Shown here in pieces: positions 11,901 through 23,500 of a stretch of 64,000 nt of DNA (positions within the stretch are counted from its first letter, which is position 1; each line of letters begins with the position of its first letter). The notes under the pieces are model-generated. The model saw nothing but the letters and a program-made list of their open reading frames with translations, was not told where the DNA came from and did not search any database. This DNA comes from Camelus dromedarius. Its lineage: Eukaryota. A program made the translations under genes and the position numbers. The DNA is taken from positions 5,208,001 to 5,272,000 of the forward strand of contig NC_087437.1 in the NCBI RefSeq assembly GCF_036321535.1, given 5' to 3'.

Positions 11901-13123
11901 CAGTAATAACATTTATTTTGTTTTCTATTGTCAATATCCTTGGGTGAAAATGCTAGCACAACTAAAGACTAAAATTAAAATTGTAGACTTGCAACTCTGA
12001 CTTATATCTCAAACAAGATAATGCAGAGTTCTATGTGTAAGTCAGGTAAGACATACTATACACTTGTTCCCTTCAAAAGAAGTCCAAGAGACCCGAACAA
12101 TTTTAATTATTAAATAAAGGAAACATAAAGACTGTCAAATGATCTTTACAATTATTTTTCCTGTATCTAATAAGTAATCAATAATTTTCATTAGATTCAG
12201 AGCAGTTTTCCCTATTGCCTTCTCCAAAGCTAAAATGAGTTAAATTTGAGCTTTAAAAATTTTATAAGACAGCTGTTTAGTTACCGGTTTTAAAACTTGT
12301 TTTTACAAAACATAGCATCTACCTACCAAACTGTTAGACAACATTCTCCACTTACAAACCACAGTCTGCTCTAGGTCCTCCCAACCCTCCCCCCACCTTT
12401 TAAAATGTGGCCCCTTACTTTGTCATAAATCACTTTTATAATGAGAGAGCAGCTAGGGCACGTTGCCACGTCTTCTCCATTCTCCAAATCCTCCTGTAAC
12501 GAAATCAAACACCGTATGGTCAGCACAGTCTTCCCTTTGCGATCGCCTCCTCCCAAACCCTCCCGCCTCTATGGGCAAGCTCCTTTGAGGCTTACATCCC
12601 CACAAAGTATGTGAGGACCACAAGGACCTTCTAAGCAAAAGAAATGCCGGCTCCATTCTTCCCTGGAAGCGTCACTTGGGGGAAACACTCAGGAGGGTGA
12701 ATCAAGGTTCAGTCGTCTCAAAACCCCCGGGAAGACAAAAACGTCCCTTCCTCCAGAGGAGTATCCCAGAAAGTGGAGCCTTAAGTTGGAGAGGATGGCG
12801 AGAAGACATGCTCCCGCCCAGCCTCGGGGCCCGAATGAAGGCCACAACGATGTGCCCACTGACACCTCAGAGTATCAACTTCGGGGAATTCAAGAACGGA
12901 TCAAAAAAGGGCGCGGATGACTAGGGGCCACCTGGGCGACGGACTGGCAGGAGGGCCGCACCAGGGCGAGATCGCGCCTGCTCCAAAAAGTCGCGGGGTG
13001 TGGCCCTTAAGTTACCTTAGTGATGCAGAAGTTATCGCCACATGGGCAGGGGTAGAAGTACGTCTCCGAGTCCTCGTCATATTGGAAGTCCTCGATCTCC
13101 ACCTCGTCGTGAAACACCGCCAT
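8871..13123 (-). CDS. DPH3: DPH3 full CDS, complement(join(8871..8936,12419..12493,13016..13123)); 82-aa diphthamide biosynthesis protein 3 (CSL Zn/Fe finger)
   Basis: Spliced translation [82 protein letters not shown]. It has the CPC and CPSC metal ligands, GT-AG introns, and 108+75+66=249 nt. Confidence 0.98.
9105..9292 (-). mobile_element. 5'-truncated lineage-specific L1 3' end in DPH3 intron 2
   Basis: Poly(T) then tttattg; similar to the L1 3'UTR at 48345-48540; possible TSD aatctt 9099-9104 / 9293-9298. Confidence 0.85.
9813..10030. mobile_element. MER20 hAT-Charlie DNA transposon
   Basis: gggcatttggcgatgtctggagac...gtgctactggcatctaa...gaggccaagatgct...acaatgcacaggacagc...agtgctgaggtggagaa. 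Confidence 0.85.
10330..11680 (+). mobile_element. L2 LINE fragment
   Basis: Pyrimidine-rich L2 motifs such as 'ctccagacctgcatatccaattgcc', 'ccacttctcactacctccactgctgcagcctggtccaagccacc', 'cctcagggcct'. Confidence 0.75.
12419..12493 (-). CDS. DPH3: DPH3 coding exon 2
   Basis: ttacag|GAG acceptor, [34 protein letters not shown] donor; 75 nt, phase 0-0. Confidence 0.98.
13016..13123 (-). CDS. DPH3: DPH3 coding exon 1
   Basis: ATG at 13123-13121; [15 protein letters not shown]...[11 protein letters not shown]; donor AAG|GTAAC. Confidence 0.98.
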
Positions 13124-13429
13124 CGTCACTGGGGCCAGCACAGGACTGCCGCCCCCGCCCTCCGACTCAGGCCGGGGCCTTACTTCGCGGGCGGCGGCCC
13201 AGCCTGGTGACGTCACCGCGCACCGGCGCAGGAACGACCGCTTCCGGCGCATAGGCAATAACGCAATTCCGGGCTTGGCGGACAAATGGGTGCCGGTTAG
13301 CTGTCCCCATGGAGATGGCAGAGCTAGGGGGCGGAGACCTCTCAGCGAGGTCGCGCGCCTCTCCGCCCATCGGGCGGCAACGACCAATGAAACGTGGGGG
13401 TCGCTCGCGCGGCAGCTGCGTCACGTTGG

Positions 13430-13482
13430 GCACGCCGGAAGCTCTTCGGTGCCAGGAGCGGAGGCTGGCCTCGCTTTGTAAG
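13430..13482 (+). other. OXNAD1: Probable non-coding first exon of OXNAD1 (5' end approximate)
   Basis: Consensus donor AAG|GTGAGT at 13482/13483 just downstream of the CCAAT/ETS motifs in the CpG island. Confidence 0.7.
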
Positions 13483-15244
13483 GTGAGTTCCCCCGCGGCT
13501 TTGGCGCGGAGATTCCTTCCTCCGGGGGTGGTTACGGTGTTTCACTTCCGCGGATTTTAGCGAGGCCTTAACTGCGCGGAGGGCCGCAGCAGGCCTAGGT
13601 TTCGTCGACCCGGCTGTCGGCGCCCCGGGGCAAAAGGGCGCGCTGCTTTGCTGGGTCTGAGGCGGCGGCGGGAACACAGCTCAGCCTCCCGAACCTCCCT
13701 CCCTGCCTCCCCGCCTACGGACGAAATACGGACGAAAAGCTCCCATGGAATTTTGATTCACCGAGTGACCTTGAGCTCAGGATGGACGCGTACCGTGTAG
13801 TTCTGGCTGCACTCGGCAATTCAAGTACACCCCCACCTCTCCCTCACCGCATGTTGTCTTCATTTGTGCTAAATTGTGTTGTCGAAAGGACCAAGCAGGT
13901 TCTGTTGGGCAGGTTGAGGTCTAGTCCTGTGTTTGCCAAGCATCTAACCTTATTAACTACAGTTAGGTATTGCACTAAATATAATTCTTCCATCAACCCT
14001 GAGAGTTTAGATGTTATTCCGCATTATTAATCTTTGAGATACAGTCAAGTATCTTGACCAAAATCACACACTAGGCAATGAAGAGCCTGTCTGTTCCCAC
14101 AGTCTGGGAAAAAATAACTTACATGAATCACAGTTTATTTAAAAAAAAAAAGTGGTATCAGCATGCAGAGTTATGATTACGAGGTCTTTATGTACCTTGA
14201 AGCGGTAGGCATGTATGTAAAAGGTGGTTTGTCTTGAAAGCAGCGCTCGTTCCTGTTTTGGTAAAACGGGATTTCACAGAGGGTATTGCATCACTAGGCA
14301 TTTATTCTTATCTTGATAGAGAAGGAATGCAGTGAAAAATCATCGCTGAGAAGCAGATCGGGGCTCAGAAGATGATGGTTGCGAACTAGCTCTGGGAGCT
14401 GGATATTTACATTCTTTGCGCCTTATTACCTCTTCTGACCAAAAAAGGATTGGGTTAAAGGTGATTTACAAGATTCCTTTCAGATCTAACATTCTACTTT
14501 TGCATGGAAATTGTGAGTTTTACTCGGTTCAGCAATCGCATGTACCGTATTTAGGTTTGTATGAAGTTACCTATTTTGTACACACCGAAGTTCCACCTGA
14601 TTTAGCCCTTTTATGGCTTGAAAACCTGAGATCAGAGAAGTCTGGGAGAAAATTTAGAACTACATTAAAGGGGTTTATAGGAGATTATTTCAGAGGCTTC
14701 ACAAACGTTCCATTTTGCCTAATTGGAGATCTACACAGCAGTTAACATTTGTTAAACATTTGTTAAACCTGTGGATGCTTAACTGGGATGATTCTGCTCA
14801 GAGCAAAGGAGAAATTCCAGCAAAGTCCACACAGCTCAGTGGCTGCACCCTGTATTTTTGTAGGCACGGATACTTTCCAAGTAGCCTCTTGTAGAGAGGA
14901 GGACAGGGGAGAGAGTCCAGTGTCTGTTCTGTGGCCCCAGTGATCATTTTGAGGTTGGGGACCATCTTTAGTTCCTCAGTGCTTCTGAGCATAAGTACCT
15001 ACAAAAAAAAGTGAGCGTTTTTTAATGTACAGAAATGAGAGCAGTCATAATTTGGTTTGTGGAAATATAAATTGATAGACCTTTTGAAAGCAGTTTGGAT
15101 CTGTCAAAAACAATTTGCTGGGTAATCTTAAAATCTGAGGTTAGTAATCCTAAAAGTTACAGGAGTTGATGGGTACTTTTTCGTTGTAATTTTTCAGCTT
15201 TTCTCAGTATTACCTAAAATGGAAAAAGGAAAATGAATGAACCA

Positions 15245-15470
15245 GTTATTAATAGTAATTGACCCTGTGTTCCAGACCCTGTACCAGATGGTTTACATCC
15301 ATTATGTCATTAAAATGGCCCAATGAAGTATAAGTATCATTGGGAAACCTGTGGTTTAGGGGCTGAGGTTTAGGAGCTCGCCCAAACGGGCAACGCTGGT
15401 AAGTGGCAGTAAGCTGTAATGAGAACTCAGGCCTGTCCGACCCGGAAATGAGGCTCTTAATTAGCTTGTG
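15245..15470 (-). mobile_element. MIR
   Basis: tttacatccattatgtcatt...gggaaacct...gtaagtggcag...gaactcaggcctgtccgac. Confidence 0.55.
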
Positions 15471-16054
15471 TGCCACCTGTGACATGATGGTGCTGGAAGC
15501 AAAGCTAGATTCAATTGGCAGCACCTGGGGCTCTGTCCGGCGCCCCGCAGACGCTGAGATTCTCTGCTAGAGCAGCGCTGGTTCCCTTGCGACCTAGATT
15601 TGGGGGTCACCTCGACCTTCCATCCTACTTTCATCCTGCTAGTCTGTCGCTACCCTTTGTCTGGCCACAGGTGGTTCCCTGTATGGTTCTGCCTGTCTGA
15701 GTTCATACTGTGCTGATTAAAGTGAAACCCTAGCCAAGCCTGTGAGGCGTGATTTTATGCCACCCAGCTTTTTAAAATAAAACATTACAGCGACTACTCA
15801 ACTTTACATTTGCTCCTAGAAGGGAATAGAAACATTTTATAATGAGACGTTTTGGGCTCTGAGAGCATAACAAAAGCAGATTTACTTGTTGCTGTACAGT
15901 CATTTGAGTTCACAGGTTAATGGTTTAAAAATAATGTTTTTTAATCGTAACACTGCTGATTTGGAAAATAACACTGACCAGGATTCTTAGTATAACATTG
16001 AATTTAGAACTAGGTTGTAATTATGTGATAGCAGCTGTATTTTCTGAGTGCTGT

Positions 16055-16160
16055 TTATTTGTTTGTTTATGTTTTTAATGGCGGTACTGGGAAATGAACC
16101 CAGGACCTCGTGCATGCTAAACATGGGCTCCACCTCTGAGCTGTTCCCCTCCTTCCGCCC
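16055..16160 (-). mobile_element. vic-1-type SINE
   Basis: ggtactgggaaatgaacccaggacctcgtgcatgctaa...ctgagct; TSD agtgctgt 16047-16054 / 16161-16168. Confidence 0.9.
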
Positions 16161-16559
16161 AGTGCTGTATTCTGTCAGGCTGGACAGTTGTTTACGGCAA
16201 CATCAGACCACTGCCTTTCTGGATTGTTGGGTGGGGATAACTTATTTGGGTTGGTTTTGAGTAACGCTCTTGCCTGCCAGGTACTTGCACAGACATTTAT
16301 TCCTCTCAGCAGTCCAGTGAGGTGGTGTTGGCACCTCATCTCCATTTGCAGATAGTAAGAGGTGACCCAAGGTCAACAAGCAAAAGGGTGTCAGATCTGA
16401 GCCCAGTTCCGCTGATGCTGTGCCAAGCGCTCTGTAATAACTTGTATTCCACTCGAGTTCCCTTATCAAATGCAAGGAGCCCCTTTGCTTCCTCAGTGGC
16501 ACCTAGGATTCTAAATCAGAGGGCGTGGTGCTAGTTCTGTGAGTTTATTTCAATGCATT

Positions 16560-17270
16560 AGTGCTCTTGGAGGTTTTTCTTTCTCTCATTGCTTTCTCAT
16601 GCCTCATCCAGTCCCTCAGCAAGTCGTAGGACTCTCATCCCAGAATGTACTCCATGTCCATCAACTTCTGCTGTTTCAGAGTTTTATCCTGTCTAGTCCT
16701 AGACTAGAGCCTTCTAACTGAATTTCCTGTTTCGACCCTTGCCCCGCTGCAGTCTAGTCTTTATGAGGGATCTTTTAATGTAAATTGGATTACATCCCTC
16801 TCCTGGTTTATTCCAACCCCTCGGTTGCTTCCCGTGGCCCTTAGGAAAAAGTCCACACCCTTCCCAGGGCCTGATGTGACCTGGCACGTGTCTGCCTGTT
16901 CCACCTCATCTCCTGTCCCTCTCCCCAGCTCACTGCTGTCCGGTCACACTGGCCTTGCTTCCTGTAACACACCAGGCTTGTTTCTGTGATGGGGCCTGCT
17001 TGGCAGCCTCTCAGCTCAGATGTCTCTTGAGAGAGACCTTTCCTGATACTCCCCCACTTACCCCACCCATCTTACTTCCTTCCTCACGCTCATGGTAGCC
17101 TGTAATTGTCTTGTTCATTCTCTGTTTATTATCTGTTGTGCACATTGTGGTAAAAACTTCATAATGACAGGGCCTCGTGTCTGTTTCTTTATTGGGTCTC
17201 CACAGCCTAAAATAGTGCCTGGCACCCCAGTAAGTGTCAATTAATTTAAATGTACTTATTGAACAGAAAC
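16560..17270 (+). mobile_element. L2 3' fragment
   Basis: Ends in the L2 tail 'cagcctaaaatagtgcctggcaccccagtaagtgtcaattaat'. Confidence 0.75.
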
Positions 17271-18510
17271 TAGTAGAGTTCATTTTAAATCTTAAATTTA
17301 AGCTGTTGCTTGCGGTAACTTAACTCCTTAAATGGACAGAAGTTTTATTTAGCGTTTATGATACTTTTCTCTTTCAGAAAAAAAAAATTTGGTGAGTTAA
17401 GGCCCATGGGGATACAGACGTTGATAGAATATTCTTTTTTGGTTTTGAAAATTACTTAATATATATAACTTTTTTACAGTTAATTAATACTTAAATGGAA
17501 TGTATTAAACCAGTGGACATACTTCAAAATATGGGAAGTTTTTTTTTTTTTTAATACCTTATTGCTTTGGAAGGCACTTTGAACACAATTTGATAAAAAA
17601 ATACCCTTTATTTACCAATAGGTGTCACTCTTGGTCGTGGTTACTCTCATTAAAAAACAAGATTTTAGAATTTTAAAGAGTACAGCTTTTAAGATTACTG
17701 TTTCTTTGTATACCAGTTCAGCTGAGCAGTAGACCATTCAAACAGCATGATCACTAAAAGATATATCTTATAAGAGGACAGTTTATTTTAGCAATACTTG
17801 TCCAAAACATTGAGCAGAATAGCATGTCCATATTTAACTCTACATCAGTTCAACAGTATCAGGGAAATGACACGTAACTGTCCTTCCGGCGCTTGGTCTG
17901 GCTTTCGTGGAGTGGGTAGCCTGAGTAAGCAGCAGCAGGCGTTAAAGACAGGCCAAGGAAGACGAGAACGAGACACAGCAAGAGAAACAACCAGACAGAA
18001 AAGCAGAAACCCGAGGAGGAGGAATGGATGGCAGGGGCTCACTGAGAGCAGGCTGGCTGTGAGTGGTGCTGGCTGATTATAGCGAGCCTCTCCTTTTGCA
18101 GCTAAGAGACAGCGGTGCCTTTCAACAGTTTCCCAGAATATTGTTCTTATATGTCATCTCTGCCATTGCAGGAATTTTGTGGGAGTGTCACTGTATGGAA
18201 ACACTGTTCCAGCTGGGGTGTCTCCAAAGGGCTCAGTGTAATTCCAGGACCAGAACATTGCCAGCCAGCCCGCCCTACACTTAATGACTCCTAAATGCTC
18301 TTGGGCTTCTAAAGTAAGTTTCGCCTTCTTTCTTCCAGTGATTGACGTTCCATTTTTAGTTTAGCACATTCGAAGGAGAGAAACTGCATTTAGTAGTCTT
18401 ACGTGGGGTGAAAGAGGCCTTATGCTTCTTTCATTGACCAGGGAGAAAGACAGCCGGTGGCATGTTCCTCCACACCGAGGCTGCGTCATACTCTGGCAGG
18501 AAATAGATTT

Positions 18511-18605
18511 ATTTCTCCCCTGAACGGAGGCACTGGGGATCGAACCCAGGACCCTGTGCATGCCAAGCACGTGCTCTACCACTGATCTGTTATACCCGCA
18601 CCCCT
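18511..18605 (-). mobile_element. vic-1-type SINE
   Basis: ggcactggggatcgaacccaggaccctgtgcatgccaagcacgtgctctaccactga. Confidence 0.9.
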
Positions 18606-19037
18606 CTAGATCTTATCTAAAGACTAGTTATGGGGCAGTTTTTTAATATGATTTGGCTGTAGCTGAATAAATTGCATATGACTTATATCACTACTTGATT
18701 TATTTACCTTTATTTATTTCCTGTCTCTGTCTTCTAAAATGTAAGCTCCCCGAGGTCTTTGCCTGGTTCATGTCTGTATCCCCAGGGCGTGCCACGTGAT
18801 GGGCTCTTAATAAATATAAGTCCACATAAGGACTAAATTCACGATTGTGGAGGAGGAATGTCAGCACACTGCGCGTGAATCTCTTCTAACGCTAGATTTG
18901 TTACAATGAGTTTATATGGTGCCTTCAAAGGTCTCAGAAACTAGAGTGTTCACACATTTTCATTTATGCTCAAGCTGACTCAGATAGGGAAAGGCAGATG
19001 TACAAGGCAATATAACATGTTAAAAGAGGCCATCTCA

Positions 19038-19200
19038 AGGGGGAGGGTATAGCTCAAGTGGCAGAGCGCGTGCCTAGCGTGCACGAGGTGGTCCTGGGTT
19101 CAGTCCCCACTACCTCCTCTAAAAATAAATACACCTGATTATCTCCCCACCTCTGGCCAAAATAAGAAATAATTAAATAATAAATAATTTTTTTTTTTTT
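19038..19200 (+). mobile_element. vic-1-type SINE, long-tail variant
   Basis: A and B boxes; perfect TSD taaaagaggccatctca 19021-19037 / 19201-19217. Confidence 0.92.
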
Positions 19201-19354
19201 TAAAAGAGGCCATCTCAGGCAAAGAAATGTTTCAAAAACTGGCTGAGGAAAACAGAACGACAGGAGACAGAAATGTGTTATCCCACTCCCAATCAGTACT
19301 TTTCCTGATAGGCCAGTAGTTTTTGGAATTTGAAATACTGGAGAATCTTTTGGC

Positions 19355-20020
19355 TTATTTTTTTTAATTTGTTATTGAAGTGTAACATATAGACAGAAGT
19401 ACATAAATCCTAAGAAGATGGATCAATTGCATTTTTTTAAGGCTTAATTTGTTTTAGAGCAGTTTTAGGTTCACAGCAGTTGACGGGTGAGTACAGAGGT
19501 TTCCCATACACTCCCCACCCCGACACGTGCACAGCCTACCCCGTCACCCCCCGACCCAAGAGTGGGATATTTGTTACAGTTGATGGACCTGTACTGACAC
19601 ATCATAATCAGCCAGAGTCTAACGCCATGACTCACTCCTGGTGTTGTATGCTCTGTGGATTTGGACAGATGTATAGTGACACGTGGTATCATACAGAGTA
19701 TTTTACTGCCCTAAGACTCCTCTGTGTTTTGATGAAGTTTTTTCAAAATGAGAATACCCATGCAGTCATCATTCAGGTTCAGAAACAACACTGTCACTAC
19801 CACCTCGCCAGTGGGAACTGCTAACTTGATTTCTAGCTTCATATATTTATTTTTTTCCTGTTTTTGTAGTTTCGGTGACTAGGCTCAGAGAATATGTGCT
19901 TTTTTGAGTCTGGCTTCTTCCATTCTTCCCATTTAACGTGATGTTTGTGATACTCATCTGTGTCACTGCATGTAGTTGGAGTCTGTTTATCCTTATTGCT
20001 GTGAATCTCAGGAAATCTGT
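19355..20020 (-). mobile_element. Old L1M 3' end fragments (nested)
   Basis: 'ttttagagcagttttaggttcacagca...tttgttacagttgatggacctgtactgacacatcat' and flanking 'gagtctggcttcttccatt'. Confidence 0.7.
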
Positions 20021-20425
20021 CTGCACCTTGTGCGTTGTCTAACAAGAAACACTGAAGACCTAGGTGGTACTCTGGGGAGAATATAATTACTAGGCAGTTA
20101 CAAAATCACTCTTCTTCTCTAATAGCATAAGATTAGTCATGTGAATTTGGTCTGAGATTTTGGAAACTAATAAAGACCATAAACATTTGACAGCACCAGT
20201 AATTACACATGTGTGTTCTGTGGCGACCCAGCGAATCAACTCTAAATAGTAGCACTAGCTTTCTCAGGGTGAAGCCAGGCCCTTCATTGTTTTGCTGTTA
20301 GATCAGCTCATAAGAGCACCAGCAAAAGTCCAGACTCTTCTTCACTGGCCCCTGAGGTGGTCTGACTTTCCCTACTTTTGCTTCAAATGTTTTCACTTTG
20401 AATCTCATGTTTCCCAGGAAGCGCC

Positions 20426-20544
20426 ATGGCCTGTACCGCTGTCATGATTCCTGGGTGGCTGCAGGGCTGTGCCAGGGCCATCTGCACGCAGGCTGCTTCG
20501 TGGAGATCGCCGCCCAGCGCTGTGCGCCACCTTACCCTCAGCAG
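20426..20544 (+). CDS. OXNAD1: OXNAD1 coding exon 1 (exon starts 20418; presequence-like N-terminus)
   Basis: ttcccag|GAAGCGCCATGG strong Kozak; [47 protein letters not shown] donor. Confidence 0.93.
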
Positions 20545-23500
20545 GTGAGCTGTCAGCCGTCAGTGTCATTGGAGGTTGATTTTCAGAGACCTGACCTGCC
20601 GGTGGTTGTGGGAGGCATCGCGTAGCACCTTGCTTGCTTGGAGATCGTTAAGCTTTAGTTAAATGTGCAGATTGTCTTTGGCTGTTTTCTGGGACCTATA
20701 ATGCCATATTGTATTTGGGATAGTCACGATAATTAACTAATTAATTAATTTTATGAGGCCAATACTTAATAACCTAATTTTACTTTCCGTTAAAGCATGA
20801 TGAAATCCAGAAGGAAGACTGACCACTTGGAGAGAACTGCAGATGTCGTTCGACGGGAGGTGGGTATCTGGGGCTGGGCAGAGTCCCCGCAGCTGGCGGT
20901 TTGCCCGCAGCGAGGACTCGCTTTCAGAGAGGGCTTACGTGAGCTTGAGCCCTTCAGAGGACAGTCAGGGAAAGTTTGTTATTGTTCTCTTCAGAGCTTT
21001 TCTGAACGGGGCATGTGACAACTGATTTGAAAAGATGACAGTACAATACGCCAGTTTTTCCCTTTAAACTTGGAGTGAATGTGTTTCTGATGATGGGCGT
21101 GTGGCAGCAGTTGAGGGGACAGCCCACAGGTGTAATGTTTAGGGTTGTATTTTAGACACAGAACTTCTGGTATTGCCTGCAGTTTATGAGTAGCTTACTT
21201 TTCTTTTCTTTTTTTTTTTTTTTTCTTTTTTCCTGGCACCGTGTCTCAAAGTCCTTGTTCCCATCCCTACTTTAGAACAACTTCTTGTTTCATCAAGGGA
21301 GAGAGCACTGACATCTGAGAGAGGAAGGTGGGCGAGTCCTTGGTGCCCTTCCCCAGTGGAAAAATGTGCAGATTTTTCCCATCACGTTCAGACCATCCGT
21401 AGAAAGGCTAACCCACCTCCTGAAGGGGTCCAGGGCTGGGAAAGGAAGGATCCTCACCCTTCAGCTCAGTGAGTAACCCCATTTTCTTTTAAAAACATAA
21501 ATTGGATATTTGATTTTGCTTTTTGAGTGATTCTTCACATATTTGGGTATATTTAGCTTAGTGTTGTAAGTGTATTTAAACTAACAGTGAAAAAACTATG
21601 TATTTCACTAAAAGAAGGGATTAAGCACTCCTGTGAGCACGCTCAGAAGTCGTATTGTCACAGCAGTTTAATTTTTAGCATTGACAAGCAGAATATACTT
21701 TAATCTAAGAGTATATTATTTAGGTCCCACTTTTCGAGCTAATGCTACTTTCAGAACACTGCTTTAGGACCAAGAGTGGTGTGTTTGTGTATTCAGCATC
21801 AAGCCAGTGCGTTTTTTGTGGCATCTGTGTAAAATTACTTGAGCATAATAGATTTATGGGTGTATGGGAACTATACTTTCCCCACTGATGATAAATCTGA
21901 AAATGCTTTTTTTTTGGTTTGTTCAACACACAAAAATGCTCATTTTGTAAATGTGAGATTTGTTAGGATTTCTTTTTTAAAGTGAAACCTTTCTGGTTTT
22001 GAAGAAAAAGCAGTTTATTTAATAGGCTTGGTCTGGACTCTTTTCTGTTGTTTTGAGACACGTAGAATTAGAGTTGGGTTTGGCAAACTTACCATAAAAG
22101 ATCAGATAGTGAGTATTTTAGGCTTCAAGGGCCATGCTTAGTTACAGCTATAAAACTGCCTTTGTAGTGTGAAAATAGCCCTGGACACCATGTAAACAAA
22201 GAGGTGTGGCTGTGTTCCAATAAAACGATACTTACCAGAACACCCAGGTTTGGCCTGTTTGCCAATCCCAAATTAGAGCTGCATTTCAGAATTTTACAGG
22301 ACAAAATTATTGAGACTTTTGGGGAGTTATTTTGAGCCAAGTTTAAGACAACTACAGAGAAAGTTAACGTAAGATCTAATAATGTGATTGTGTTACCGAA
22401 CTCAGATCCTGCCGCTTGACGTTCAGAAATCAACACTCAAGAGAGGCCAGTGTTAGAAAGGAAAGTTGCTTTTAATCAGAGTGCTGGCGATCTGGGGAGG
22501 TGGTGGACTCAGTGTCTGCAAAAACTGACTCCTAAGAGTCTGCTCGTCCTCGAAAGTTTTTAAAGGGAAAAGGGAAGTGATGTCAATTAATCATTGAGGT
22601 GAGAGGTGGGGGTCAGAGTTGTCACCCTTCCCCACTGCTTGCAGGCTTGTCGACTTCTTGTGATCTTTTCTCTAGAAGCTATCTTATTCACAGAGTTTGT
22701 TCTCAAGATGCTAAGAGGGAAGTTAGACATCTGCTAATAATGTATTCGTCGCTCCTACTTCTTTGATCCAGGAAAGAACCAATGGGTTAGGCAAGGTATT
22801 GTGTGAGCAAGTTTTGAGAGGTGTGCTTGGGCCGGAGGTGACTGGAGCATGGAGGCGCCTGGCTTAAGGTTAGTGACCAGACAACAGGAGCCTCCTGCAG
22901 AGAGCTCTTTCCTGCCTGAAGCTGGTCAGAGCATCATTCTGTTTCTGTGGGGTCATGGGCAGAGGTCTGTCTTCTGTGATTTCTTCATGCTGACAGAGGG
23001 CACCATGTTCTCAGAGTGGAAGAGGGTCTGTAGCATCTCTTTGCTGACAGTTGTAGTTGCCCATTTACATATATGAGCAGAAAAAGCTACAATTACTTTG
23101 ATGCCCATACAGATCATTATGAGCAATAGTGGTAATCCAGTTGTGTTAAGACCAGTTCTTGGACTTGTGCTGGCCACAGATTCAGTCCTGCTCAAGATGG
23201 AACGGCTTACTTTGGGGCTTCAGTCTGGTCATCGTGCAGTTGGCTTTTCCCTCTGGTGACAGTTATAGTGTCTGTAAAACAACTCAGGAATGTGCATCGG
23301 ACACTGAGTCATTAGCTGTTTGAGCCTGCTCTTTTGTGGCTCGGGGAGGCCCGAGAGACTTTACCTTTTCTACAAACAAGAGGCAGAGTTGGGAGGATGC
23401 CCGCAGGGTCCTGTTTGGTTCCAGTTTCCCTTTTTTCTTTGATACTCCTCAATCCTGAGGAGGAACAGGTGCAGAACACAAAAAGGAATAAAGTTTCAGG

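Larger units (their letters stand above)
12900..13800. promoter_or_regulatory. CpG island / bidirectional promoter of DPH3 and OXNAD1
   Basis: Dense CpG between divergent first exons. Palindromic CRE GGTGACGTCACC 13206-13217; ETS CTTCCGG 13241-13247 and GCCGGAAG about 13434-13441; CCAAT 13384-13388; half-CRE TGCGTCA 13417-13423; GC box about 13149-13163; no obvious TATA. Confidence 0.93.

Noticed and set aside
13124..13387. Open frame upstream of DPH3, with an in-frame ATG at 13252 giving a 43-aa Arg-rich extension
   Set aside because: The ATG lies at or beyond the ETS promoter motif, probably upstream of the TSS, and has weak context; GC-rich islands often lack stops. CAGE upstream of 13252 would reopen it.
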